Origin: an uncultured Acidobacteriota bacterium
Lineage (GTDB): Bacteria; Acidobacteriota; Terriglobia; Terriglobales; Acidobacteriaceae
DNA length: 32,000 nt
Assembly (NCBI GenBank): GCA_963838905.1
Contig: CAWITE010000028.1
Coordinates: forward strand, 148,865-180,864
Direction of reading: 5' to 3'
Part shown: one piece after another, positions 8,212 to 16,960 of the stretch
Layout of the letters: each line of letters opens with the position of its first letter
Numbering within the stretch: the stretch's first letter is position 1
Translations under genes and position numbers: made by a program
Notes under the pieces: generated by a model
Seen by the model: only the letters and a program-made list of their open reading frames with translations
What the model was told of the DNA's origin: nothing
Databases searched by the model: none

Positions 8212-9917
8212 TGGGCAAGCTTTCTCCGCAAGACAAGCTGTTTGCCGCTGATCATGTCTATCTCGACTTTGTGGGCCGCGACACCCTGTACGGGTATCTG
8301 GCGCAGAACCGGGAGCAGCTGTTTCGCGATGAAGACTTCGCGGCTTTGTACTGCCCGGACAATGGACGCCAATCCGTGCCTCCCAGTGTGGCGGTGAGTG
8401 TGCTGTTCTTACGGGCGTACGAGGGGGTGAGTTTTGCCGAGGCGGTGGAGCGGACCAAATACGATCTGCGCTGGAAGGTAGCCTTGGGACTGGAGATGGA
8501 AGAAGTACCGATGCAGAAGAGCGCGCTGCAGGAGTTTGAGGCCAAGCTGGTTCTGCACGAGATGGAAGAGCCGCTGTTGAAGAAGTCAATCGCAGAAGCC
8601 CGGCGCGCCGGATACCTGCAGAATCGCAAGCTTCGCGTGGCCTTGGATACGACGCCGATCTTGGGCAAGGGAGCGGTGAAGGACACCTACAATCTGCTGG
8701 GAGAAGGGATCGAGAGGTTGGGGCGGCGGTTGGCGGAGGTAGAGGAAGAAGAGGTTACGGGGTGGGCCGCGAAGCAGGGGCTGAGTCGCTATTTTGGCAG
8801 CAGCGTGAAGGGAGAAGCCGGGATTGACTGGGACGACAAAGGGCAACGGGAACAGTTGTTAACCGAGATCGTGCAGGACGGGCGGCGCCTGCTAAGCCTG
8901 GCGGAGGAGATCCAAAAGCAGCATCCCGCGCAGACGGAAGCCATTGCCGCCGCCGCGGCTTTGCTGCTGCGGCTGATCGCGCAGGACGTGGAAGAAAAGC
9001 CGGAGGGCGGCTTTCAAGTAAAGTCGGGCACCGCCAAGGATCGGGTCCTCAGTGTTCACGATCCGGAGATGCGGCATGGACGCAAGAGCGCCAGCAAGCG
9101 CTTCAACGGACACAAGGCAGCGGTGGCGGTGGAGATGGAGAGTCAGTTGATCACGGGGGTGGAGGTGCTGGCGGGCAATGCTGGGGATCAGGAGAAAGCT
9201 CTGGAGTTGGTGCAGCAAAGCGAACGAGTGCTGGAGGCGAAGGTCGAAGAAACGGTGGGGGATTGTGCCTACGGAGGCGGCCCGACGCGGCGAGTCTTTG
9301 CGGAGGAAGAACGAATCCTGACGGCGAAGGTGCCGGCCCGTCACAACCGCAATTGTTTTTCCAAGAGTGAGTTTGAGATCGATTTGGATCAGATGGAAGT
9401 GCGTTGCCCGGCAGGCCAGAGTACGCGCGACTATCGCTCCGCCGGAGAAGGTCGAGGGGGCCAATTTCTTTTTTCCCAGGCCGGTTGTCAGGCCTGTCCC
9501 CTGCGCTCGCAATGCGTCCGTGGGCAAGGGCCGCGGAGTATCAGCATCCAAGCCGAAGAACGACTGCAGCAACAGGCCCGCGCCCATAACCAGACCGAGG
9601 CGGGGCGGCAGAGCTTGCGCGAGCGGGTGGTGGTGGAACATCGGATTGGGCGCCTGGTGGGATTAGGGATTCGCCAAAGTCGCTACTTCGGGAAAAAGAA
9701 AACCCGCTGGCAGGTGGTGATGGCCGCGGTAGTAGCAAACCTGAGTTTGGTGGTTGGGTACTGCCAGCGGCGGGCTCAGAGCCCCGACGCCGCCACCGCA
9801 GCCCAGGCCTCGGTACGGCCCACCAACGTTTTTCTGGCGGCTCTTTCGACCTTTTGGGCCCGATTTCTTCGCCTGAACCCCAACCCCGACTTAGGCGCCG
9901 CGTTCGGCGCAGTGTAA
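8208..9917 (+). mobile_element. IS1182-like family transposase
   Basis: VYLDFVGRDTLYGYLAQNREQLF, VPPSVAVSVLFLRAYEGVSFAEAVERTKYDLRWKVALG, RVALDTTPILGKGAVKDTYNLL, MRHGRKSASKRFNGHKAAVAVE, CQACPLRSQC, VEHRIGRLVGLGIRQSRYFGKKKTRWQ. GGGAG lies just upstream of ATG 8208. Confidence 0.87.
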
Positions 9918-10009
9918 TGGATGCGAGGCCCACAACGAACCATCACGTCACCCGCACTGCCCCTTCACGGAAAAACACCAGTTCTCGGATGGATTTCTAG
10001 GCTCCAGCT

Positions 10010-10039
10010 TTGTCATCCTGAGCAACGCGAAGGATCTGT
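10010..10039. repeat. copy of the TTGTCATYCYGAGCGNNGCGARGGATCTG intergenic family
   Basis: TTTGTCATCCTGAGCAACGCGAAGGATCTG, same family as copies at 25052, 25101 (inverted) and 26644. Confidence 0.7.
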
Positions 10040-10120
10040 GCACTTTCTTTTGTTGCCTGGAGCCTGAAACCCGACGCCTGAAGCCTGCAGCCCAACGCAT
10101 GCAGCCCGAAGCCTGCTCCA

Positions 10121-11035
10121 TCACTTCCACAGATAATAGAATCCCATCTGCTGGTCGAGCAGCTTCTCCCGGGTCGGCAGCCATTGGGAAATATCTCCGA
10201 ATAGCAGATCGGCTAAAGTCTTGCGATCTTTGTCCGGGCGCACCAGCACTGGCTCGCCTTTGATTCCGACCGACTTTGCGGTATCGTCGACCGCATTCTG
10301 GAAGTCGCCGATTTGATCGATCAGGTGGATGGAGAGCGCTTCCTGCCCGGTCCACACCCGGCCATCCGCGATTTTCTTAATGTCGTCGGACTTCGCATGG
10401 CGTCCGTCGGCTACTGCCTGCACGAACTGACCATACATGTTGTCGATCAGCGACTGCATATAAGCTCGCTCTTCCGGGGTCATCTCGCGGCTGGGGTCGC
10501 CCGTGTCCTTGAGCGCGCCAACTTTGAGCACTTCCGGTTTCAGCTTGGCCCAGCGCATCAGATCGCCGTAGTTTACCCACTCGGCAATCACACCGATCGA
10601 CCCGACCACGCTGCCATTGTCGGCATAAATCTTGTTGGTCGCGGAAGACACGTAGTATGCGCCGCTCGCGCCCACAGTGCTGATCGAGGCCACAATGCGC
10701 TTTTTCTTGTCGTCGCGGATGCGTTTGACCGCGCGATAAATTTCCTCGGACGCCGCCACTCCTCCTCCGGGAGAATTCACCCGCAGAATGATGGCCTTGA
10801 TGGAATCGTCGTCGCCGAATTTTTTAATTTGGGGCACAATGACGCTGGAGTCCAGAATTACGCCTTCCAGTTCCACCACGCCAATTTTGTCGCCGAAACC
10901 ATCGAGCGACGCGTGCTCTCCACCCCCGCGCAACGTCAGATACACGAGCGTAAACACGGCCAGCACGAAGAGGAAGAAAACTCCCCCCCCGATCACGATC
11001 CAGAGCAGAGTGCGGGAACGACCATTCTCAGCCAT
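10121..11035 (-). CDS. sppA: signal peptide peptidase SppA, 36K type
   Basis: From MAENGRSRTLLW: IKAIILRVNSPGGGVAASEEIYRAVKRIRDDKKKRIVASISTVGASGAYYVSSATNKIYADNGSVVGSIGVI. Confidence 0.93.
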   Translation of the reverse strand: MAENGRSRTLLWIVIGGGVFFLFVLAVFTLVYLTLRGGGEHASLDGFGDKIGVVELEGVILDSSVIVPQIKKFGDDDSIKAIILRVNSPGGGVAASEEIYRAVKRIRDDKKKRIVASISTVGASGAYYVSSATNKIYADNGSVVGSIGVIAEWVNYGDLMRWAKLKPEVLKVGALKDTGDPSREMTPEERAYMQSLIDNMYGQFVQAVADGRHAKSDDIKKIADGRVWTGQEALSIHLIDQIGDFQNAVDDTAKSVGIKGEPVLVRPDKDRKTLADLLFGDISQWLPTREKLLDQQMGFYYLWK

Positions 11036-11049
11036 ACAGTGAGGGTAGT

Positions 11050-11958
11050 TTAGCACCGTAGGGCAGGTTCAAGGACAATCACTCGCAGCGCCCGGCGCGC
11101 CACGCCCACTTCAATTGGCGTGCAGCACACATATTCGCCGTCCGCGTAAACATCCTGCGGCTCTTCCGTTTCAAGCTTGATGCCTTCTGCCTGGAAATAA
11201 TCCACCTGCGGGACGCTCAGGTGGCGTCCCAAATAGACGGTGGGGAAAAGACAAGAGAGCTTGAGCTTGTTGATGTGATTGATGATGCAAACGTCGAGCA
11301 AACCGTCGTCGAGTTGAGCGTGGGGCGCAATCTTCATCCCGCCGCCGTATGACGGTGCTTTGGCGAACGCCGTGACCATGATCGGTTTCGCGGTCCGTGC
11401 AACGAGCGCAGCCTGATGTTCGGTGCGAGGCATTGAAATCTTCAGCGGAACGGACGCGAATCTCACGAGCGCGGTCAGGAGGCTAAAAATGTATTCGCCA
11501 CGTGCCCGGAGCCAGCGCGGAAGGCGATTCGCCCGGCGGGCAATCTCGGCGTCCAGTCCGACGCCACCTACGCAACAAAAATAGTGTGGCGCGGACGACC
11601 CGCCAGCGTCTTGACCCACAACCGATGTCGGGACCACACCAAGATCGATCGGTCGCACGTTACGACTGCCGGAGCAAAACTTGTGCCACACGGCCAGCGA
11701 ATCTCGAGAGTTGCGTAGGCCCAGCGCCCGCGCAAAATCGTTTCCACTGCCACAAGGCACGACCAGCACGGGGATCCGCAACTCGACCAATTGCGGCAGA
11801 TAACGATGCACAGTCCCGTCTCCGCCGAAGATGAGAATCGCGTCTGCCTGATCCGAGTTTGCGGGCAGATCGATAAGCCAGTTCGCTTCCGAGTTCTGCT
11901 GGAACGGCTTCAGGTCTTTGGCGGAACATCCCGGCCCGAAGATGGCGGCAGCGCGCAC
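11050..11958 (-). CDS. diacylglycerol kinase / YegS-like lipid kinase
   Basis: AILIFGGDGTVHRYLPQLVELRIPVLVVPCGSGNDFARALGL and later GGGMKIAPHAQLDDGLLDVCII. Confidence 0.88.
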   Translation of the reverse strand: MRAAAIFGPGCSAKDLKPFQQNSEANWLIDLPANSDQADAILIFGGDGTVHRYLPQLVELRIPVLVVPCGSGNDFARALGLRNSRDSLAVWHKFCSGSRNVRPIDLGVVPTSVVGQDAGGSSAPHYFCCVGGVGLDAEIARRANRLPRWLRARGEYIFSLLTALVRFASVPLKISMPRTEHQAALVARTAKPIMVTAFAKAPSYGGGMKIAPHAQLDDGLLDVCIINHINKLKLSCLFPTVYLGRHLSVPQVDYFQAEGIKLETEEPQDVYADGEYVCCTPIEVGVARRALRVIVLEPALRC

Positions 11959-11970
11959 GTCGGCGGCAGA

Positions 11971-12114
11971 TTATCAGAAATGAATGAACAACCGCAGACC
12001 GCGTAGGCCCGGATGCCCTCGTCCGGGGGGCGACCGCCGGGTCGCCTCGCTCTTCGCCGAGAATCCCAGCGCACGAGGCGGACGAGGGCGTCCGCCGTCA
12101 GGTGTTTCTGATGA
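11971..12114. repeat. composite inverted-repeat element between the divergent lipid kinase and rpiA genes
   Basis: Outer arms TTATCAGAAA (11971-11980) / TTTCTGATGA (12105-12114), 9/10 complementary. Inner GCCCTCGTCCG (12015-12025) / CGGACGAGGGC (12079-12089), perfect. Local hairpin GGCGGACG-AGGG-CGTCCGCC (12077-12096). Confidence 0.65.
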
Positions 12115-12177
12115 TCGAGGTTGGTGCTCCAGTCGAGAAAGCGATAGAGTAATCGGTTAAGGGGATCGCGACTCGAT

Positions 12178-12897
12178 ATGGCAAATAATTCAAAAACCAG
12201 CGACCTGGAAAAGGCTGCCGCGGCGCGCGCCAGTCTGCGTTTCGTGCGCGACGGGATGACGCTTGGATTGGGAACAGGTTCGACCGCGGCGCACGCGGTT
12301 CGTTTCTTGGGTGAACAAGTCCGGGCGGGATTGAAGGTTCGCGGGATCCCGACTTCCGTTCATACCCAAGAGCTAGCCGCGAGCCTGGGAATTCCGTTGA
12401 CCACGCTCGATGAGTGTCAGCAGATCGATGTAGACATCGACGGAGCCGATGAATTCGATGCGCAGTTGCATCTGATCAAGGGCGGCGGCGGCGCGCTGCT
12501 GCGCGAAAAAATCATCGCGTCGGCATCGCGGCAAGTCGTCATCATCGCGGATTCGAGCAAGCAGGTCGCGGTGCTGGGAAAGTTCCCGCTCCCGGTTGAA
12601 GTCATCCCCTTCGCTCAGCCCTTAGTTGCAAAAAGAATTACGGCCTTGGGAGCGACAGTGAAACTCCGCCAGGAAACGAAGGGAAACCCTTTTATAACCG
12701 ACGAAGGTCACCACATCCTGGATTGCAGCTTTGGTCAGATCCCCGATCCACCCGCTCTGGCGCGTAAACTGAGCGACATGCCCGGAGTAGTTGAACATGG
12801 ATTGTTCGTTGACCTGGCCACGGTGGTGCTGTGCGCGAAAGGCGAGAACGTTACAGAATTCCGCCCCCCACAATCAAGGAAAGTCAGAACTCGCTAA
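12178..12897 (+). CDS. rpiA: ribose-5-phosphate isomerase A
   Basis: LGLGTGSTAAHAVRFLGEQVR, DVDIDGADEFDAQLHLIKGGGGALLREKIIASAS. Confidence 0.95.
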   Translation: MANNSKTSDLEKAAAARASLRFVRDGMTLGLGTGSTAAHAVRFLGEQVRAGLKVRGIPTSVHTQELAASLGIPLTTLDECQQIDVDIDGADEFDAQLHLIKGGGGALLREKIIASASRQVVIIADSSKQVAVLGKFPLPVEVIPFAQPLVAKRITALGATVKLRQETKGNPFITDEGHHILDCSFGQIPDPPALARKLSDMPGVVEHGLFVDLATVVLCAKGENVTEFRPPQSRKVRTR

Positions 12898-14162
12898 CCC
12901 ACAATTTCCCGCAGAGCTGCCAGCAGCCGTTCCACTTCTTCCGCCGTGTTGTAGTGCGCCAGCCCGATACGCAGAAATCCACCATCTTTTTCAACATCGA
13001 GCCGCTCGGTGAGATTCAACGCATAGTAATTTCCATCCCAGGTAAAGAAGCCACGCTCGCCAAGCCGAGTAGCGAGTTCGAGCGGCGTATGACCCTTGAT
13101 TCGCACCGCGATCGTAGGACATCGCTGATCGAAGCGCTCCGGATCGATGACACCATAAAGCTTCAGACCGGGGATCGACAGCAATCCACGAATGAGGCTT
13201 TCCATCAATCCCCGCTCATGCTTCTGAATCGCGTCGTAGGCTGCTAGCAAGGCCTCGCGGCGCGCGGATGCTAACGGATTCACGTGCCGTCCAAGATCCG
13301 CTAGATAGTCAACGCAGGCCGCGATTCCGGCGATGCATTCATGATTAAGCGTGCCCCACTCCCAGCGGTTGGGAATCGCGTTGGTGTTGGCGCGAACCTT
13401 ATACGGATCGAGCCGCTTCCAGTGCTCGCGTTTGCCAAAGAGCACACCCATGTGCGGACCGAAGAACTTGTAAGTCGAACACACCAGAAAATCGCAGTCG
13501 CGCGCGCGGACATCAATGGGACCGTGCGGCGCGTAATGGACTGCGTCAATGTAAGCCATCGCGCCGCGTTGATGGGCAATACGGATGATCTCCTTCACGT
13601 CGTTAATCGTGCCCACCGCATTCGAAGCGTAGCCGACCGCAACCAGCTTCGTGCGGTCGGTAATCTTGCGCGCCAAATCGTCCATGTTGAGAGTGCAATC
13701 GTCTTCATGAATCTCCGCCATGCGAACGGTCACGCCGCGCTCTTCGAGCGCGCGCCACGGAGAAACATTGGCATCGTGATCAAGGTGCGTGAGCACGATT
13801 TCGTCCCCCGGACCGAGCTCGCGCCCAATCGAGCGACTAATGGCGAAAGTCAGCGAAGTCATGTTGGGCCCGAAAACGACCTCATCCGCATCACAGCCGA
13901 GAAAGTCCGCCATGGCGGAACGCGCGCCGGCGATCATCGCGTCGGTGCGGCGGCTGGTCGCATAGGCACCGCAAGTATTGGCGTTGCTGTGCTTCAGATA
14001 GTCAGAGATCGCGCCGATGACACGCTGCGGAACCTGAGTTCCGCCCGGCCCATCGAGGAACGTTGCAGGATGGCCGTTGACAGTTTGAGAGAGAGACGGG
14101 AACTGGGCGCGAACCCAATCAAGGTCAAGCGCATTTACTGTTTCGTTTTGAGTGCTCAACAT
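12894..14162 (-). CDS. aminotransferase class V / cysteine desulfurase-like protein
   Basis: VNGHPATFLDGPGGTQVPQRVI, GPNMTSLTFAISRS, HLDHDANVSPW, IDAVHYAPHGPIDVRARDCDFLVCSTYKFFGPHMG. 4-nt tail overlap with rpiA. Confidence 0.88.
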   Translation of the reverse strand: MLSTQNETVNALDLDWVRAQFPSLSQTVNGHPATFLDGPGGTQVPQRVIGAISDYLKHSNANTCGAYATSRRTDAMIAGARSAMADFLGCDADEVVFGPNMTSLTFAISRSIGRELGPGDEIVLTHLDHDANVSPWRALEERGVTVRMAEIHEDDCTLNMDDLARKITDRTKLVAVGYASNAVGTINDVKEIIRIAHQRGAMAYIDAVHYAPHGPIDVRARDCDFLVCSTYKFFGPHMGVLFGKREHWKRLDPYKVRANTNAIPNRWEWGTLNHECIAGIAACVDYLADLGRHVNPLASARREALLAAYDAIQKHERGLMESLIRGLLSIPGLKLYGVIDPERFDQRCPTIAVRIKGHTPLELATRLGERGFFTWDGNYYALNLTERLDVEKDGGFLRIGLAHYNTAEEVERLLAALREIVG

Positions 14163-14196
14163 AGGATTCATAAAGATTTGTAGACACGTAGCTTTG

Positions 14197-15270
14197 CTAC
14201 GTCTCGGTTACCGCGCGTACGAAATCCGCCAGCATCCCATAAGCGGTGGCGTCCAGTCCGGGATTGTTTTCGGTAATCGCCAGCCCCGGAAAGATGTCTG
14301 TCTCAAAATACACGATGGAAGAAGTTCCCGCGACCCAGGCCAGCGGATCGCTCAACGGTACCTGCTCCAGCCGGACGCTCGCCATCACGCCCTGATCGGT
14401 TTGCTGGGCGCGGCACACCAGCTTATAAGGTTTTCCGTCGGCCCGGGCAGCGCGCACCGCTTCCTCACTCAGCTCTCCAATGCCTTCACGCTGAATTTCC
14501 TCGAGTCGAATGGGTACGCCCATGAGCACGCGAATCAGAGCAGCGACTTTGACCGCCGAATCCCAACCCTCGATGTCATTGCTCGGATCGGTTTCGGCGA
14601 CCCCGATCTCCTGCGCCTTGACAAGCGACTCCTCAAAGCTGAGCCCCTCTTCCACGCCGGTAAGAATGACATTGGTAGTGGAATTCAGAATGCCGCGAAA
14701 TCCGTTCAGCTGAACGACCGGCAGATTGTCGCGGAACAGGGCAAAGATGGGAACGCCATCCATCACGGTAGACTCAAATAGAAATCTTCGCTGCTTGGCA
14801 GTCGCCAGGGCACTCAGTTCCTCGTAGGCGTGCACGATAGGGCCCTTGTTGGCGGTGATGGCATGTGCGCCAGCTTCTAATGCAGCGCGAATATGATCGA
14901 TCGCCGGTTGGCCGTCGCCAGGGCTGAGCGATGTGGCTTCGAACAGAACATCGGCCTTCGCTAGACGCAACCAACCGCGAACGTCGTGTGGCACTGGCGG
15001 ACCCGCCCGCCAGTGTCCCCGGAAATTTTCACGCAGCGTCGCATCGACATCCAGCCCCTCGGAATCCGCGATCCACCCCATCTGTCGTGTTGCCACGCCC
15101 GTGATCCGCCACGCGACGCCACGCTCGCGGAGTTCACTATCCTTTTTCTGCAGGAGGCGAAGCAACGTCCGGTTGACGTTGCCAAAACCGAGCAGGCAGA
15201 GATTGTAGGTGCGAATGATTGATCTCCTAGGACGGCTCCGGGCGCAAGATGCGCCCGGGACAGCCGGCAA
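14197..15270 (-). CDS. homoserine dehydrogenase family protein
   Basis: CLLGFGNVNRTLLRLL, HAITANKGPIVHAYEEL, FRGILNSTTNVILTGVEEG, AQEIGVAETDPSNDIEGWDSAVKVAAL. Start codon uncertain. Confidence 0.85.
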   Translation of the reverse strand: MPAVPGASCARSRPRRSIIRTYNLCLLGFGNVNRTLLRLLQKKDSELRERGVAWRITGVATRQMGWIADSEGLDVDATLRENFRGHWRAGPPVPHDVRGWLRLAKADVLFEATSLSPGDGQPAIDHIRAALEAGAHAITANKGPIVHAYEELSALATAKQRRFLFESTVMDGVPIFALFRDNLPVVQLNGFRGILNSTTNVILTGVEEGLSFEESLVKAQEIGVAETDPSNDIEGWDSAVKVAALIRVLMGVPIRLEEIQREGIGELSEEAVRAARADGKPYKLVCRAQQTDQGVMASVRLEQVPLSDPLAWVAGTSSIVYFETDIFPGLAITENNPGLDATAYGMLADFVRAVTET

Positions 15271-15289
15271 TGTGCCGGCGCTACATTTG

Positions 15290-15691
15290 TCAGCCCATCG
15301 TTGAGGTGTGTTCAGGCTGAATCTTGTAGATAACGCGCGTTTCCGACGGCTGTCTATAGGGGTACTTGTCGACGCCCAGATACTTCTTGGCCATCTTGTC
15401 GATGTGCGCGTCGGCGCCCTGTTCGGTGATCTCCATCACTCGACCGCGGATTTCGAGATAACGGTAGGGATTGTCGGGATCGATGATCGCCATCGCAACC
15501 CGCGGATCGCGACGGACGTTGCGATCCTTTTGGCGACCCTTGGCTGAATTGAAAAGTACGTAATCTCCTTCCAAATCACACCACACCGGTGTCACCTGCG
15601 GACGGCCATCGGGCATCAACGTTGCCAAACTAGCGAAGGCGCGCTTGTTGAACAGATCGCGATATTTCTCCGGAATAGCTTCAGGCATCAC
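15290..15691 (-). CDS. PPOX class F420-dependent oxidoreductase (pyridoxamine 5'-phosphate oxidase-like)
   Basis: FASLATLMPDGRPQVTPVWCDLEGDYVLFNSAKGRQKDRNVRRDPRVAMAIIDPDNPYRYLEIRGRV. Confidence 0.87.
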   Translation of the reverse strand: MMPEAIPEKYRDLFNKRAFASLATLMPDGRPQVTPVWCDLEGDYVLFNSAKGRQKDRNVRRDPRVAMAIIDPDNPYRYLEIRGRVMEITEQGADAHIDKMAKKYLGVDKYPYRQPSETRVIYKIQPEHTSTMG

Positions 15692-15897
15692 ATCCTCCTT
15701 GCGATAGTATTGCCAAGCGAATTATAACGTCGCCGTGAGTTTCGTGTTGCGGCCTCGACTACTACTTTGGACCAAACAGCCTTTACGATCTTCGATCTAA
15801 TACTGTTCAAAGAGTTGCGAGCACCGCGATAGGTTGCACGATTGTGCCCAAATTTCACAAACTCCAGTAAACTGGTGGGCTTTATCGAGAGCGAACT

Positions 15898-16833
15898 ATG
15901 CTGAGAGAGAGTTTTCGCGGGAGCAAGCCATCGCGCTGTTTGGTCGTCTTAATGTTGCTGATTCTGTGCCCCGGGAGCCGCCCGGCCAGTGCTTCAGACA
16001 GCACATCGGGCAAGTCAATTCCTACCATCGTCTTCATGACTGACTTCGGTACAGTGGACGATTCGGTAGCGATCTGCAAGGGCGTGATGTATTCGATTTC
16101 TCCGGAGGTGCGCATTGTCGACCTCACACATGAAGTTACGCCGTTCTCTATCCTCGACGGAGCGCGCTTTCTGTACGGCACGACCCCATACTACGCGCCG
16201 GGAATGGTTTTTGTAGTGGTCGTGGACCCGGGTGTCGGCAGCACTCGGAAAGCGGTCGTGGTCAAGTCGAAGCGTGGGCAATATTTTGTTTTGCCGGATA
16301 ACGGGTTGATGACACTGGTGCAGGATCGTGATGGAATCGAGGGTGCACGCGAGATCACAAACCGCGATTGGATGATCGGAGCGGCGCTGTCATCGACTTT
16401 TCATGGACGCGACATATTTTCGCCCGTCGGCGCACACCTGGTGCGGGGCGACGACTGGACTGGCGTGGGACCCGAGCTTGATGTCAGCAAACTGGTGCGC
16501 CTGGACATCGCGCCCGCAAAGCTGGATGAACGCGGGTTGAGCGGAGAAGTGATCGCGACCGACGGACCCTTCGGCAATCTCGTCACCAATATCAGCGGCG
16601 GTGATTTTCTCAAACTGGGCTACACGCGGGGCCGGACGGTTCACATCACTATCGGAAAAAACGAGATGGATATTCTGTTCGTGCGCACCTTCAGCGACGT
16701 GCCGCTGAACAAGCCGCTGCTCTATATCGATTCTCGCGGGCATCTTGGTTTGGCCGTGAATCAGGGGAGCTTCGCGGCCACTTACGGGATAAAGCCTCCG
16801 GTCACAATCTTCATTCCGAAGGCCAGAAATTAA
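15898..16833 (+). CDS. SAM hydroxide adenosyltransferase (DUF62 / chlorinase-fluorinase superfamily) with signal-like N-terminus
   Basis: IVFMTDFGTVDDSVAICKGVMYSISPEVRIVDLTHEVTPFSILDGARFL...VVVDPGVGSTRKAVVV...FVLPDNGLMTLV...FHGRDIFSPVGAHL. N-terminus CLVVLMLLILCPGSRPASA. Confidence 0.9.
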   Translation: MLRESFRGSKPSRCLVVLMLLILCPGSRPASASDSTSGKSIPTIVFMTDFGTVDDSVAICKGVMYSISPEVRIVDLTHEVTPFSILDGARFLYGTTPYYAPGMVFVVVVDPGVGSTRKAVVVKSKRGQYFVLPDNGLMTLVQDRDGIEGAREITNRDWMIGAALSSTFHGRDIFSPVGAHLVRGDDWTGVGPELDVSKLVRLDIAPAKLDERGLSGEVIATDGPFGNLVTNISGGDFLKLGYTRGRTVHITIGKNEMDILFVRTFSDVPLNKPLLYIDSRGHLGLAVNQGSFAATYGIKPPVTIFIPKARN

Positions 16834-16839
16834 TACTTT

Positions 16840-16930
16840 GTAGCGCCGACATCTTTCCGGCTGTCGCGAGAGCATCCTGGCGGGTGGGGGCGGGACGCCC
16901 CCACGACAGCCGCCGGGACGGCGGCGCTAC
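16840..16930. repeat. three-tier nested palindromic intergenic element
   Basis: GTAGCGCCG 16840-16848 / CGGCGCTAC 16922-16930; CGGCTGTCG 16858-16866 / CGACAGCCG 16904-16912; GTGGGGGCG 16884-16892 / CGCCCCCAC 16896-16904. Confidence 0.85.
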
Positions 16931-16960
16931 CAGATTTCACGAGATTCAAGGAGAAGACAC

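Noticed and set aside
8892-9641. 249-aa minus-strand ORF inside the transposase gene
   Set aside because: Antisense shadow of a well-supported transposase; composition typical of spurious frames.
7803-10115. CAGGCTTCGGGCT (7803-7815) inverted match at 10103-10115 as possible IS ends
   Set aside because: Perfect 13-bp inverted match flanks the transposase, but AGCCTG/GAAGCCTG-type repeats recur locally near 10050-10115 and no target duplication was found; boundaries remain undefined.
13341-14183. 280-aa plus-strand ORF opposite the class V aminotransferase
   Set aside because: Low-complexity shadow frame (Arg/Ala/Val rich) antisense to a clearly conserved gene in high-GC DNA; no family motifs.
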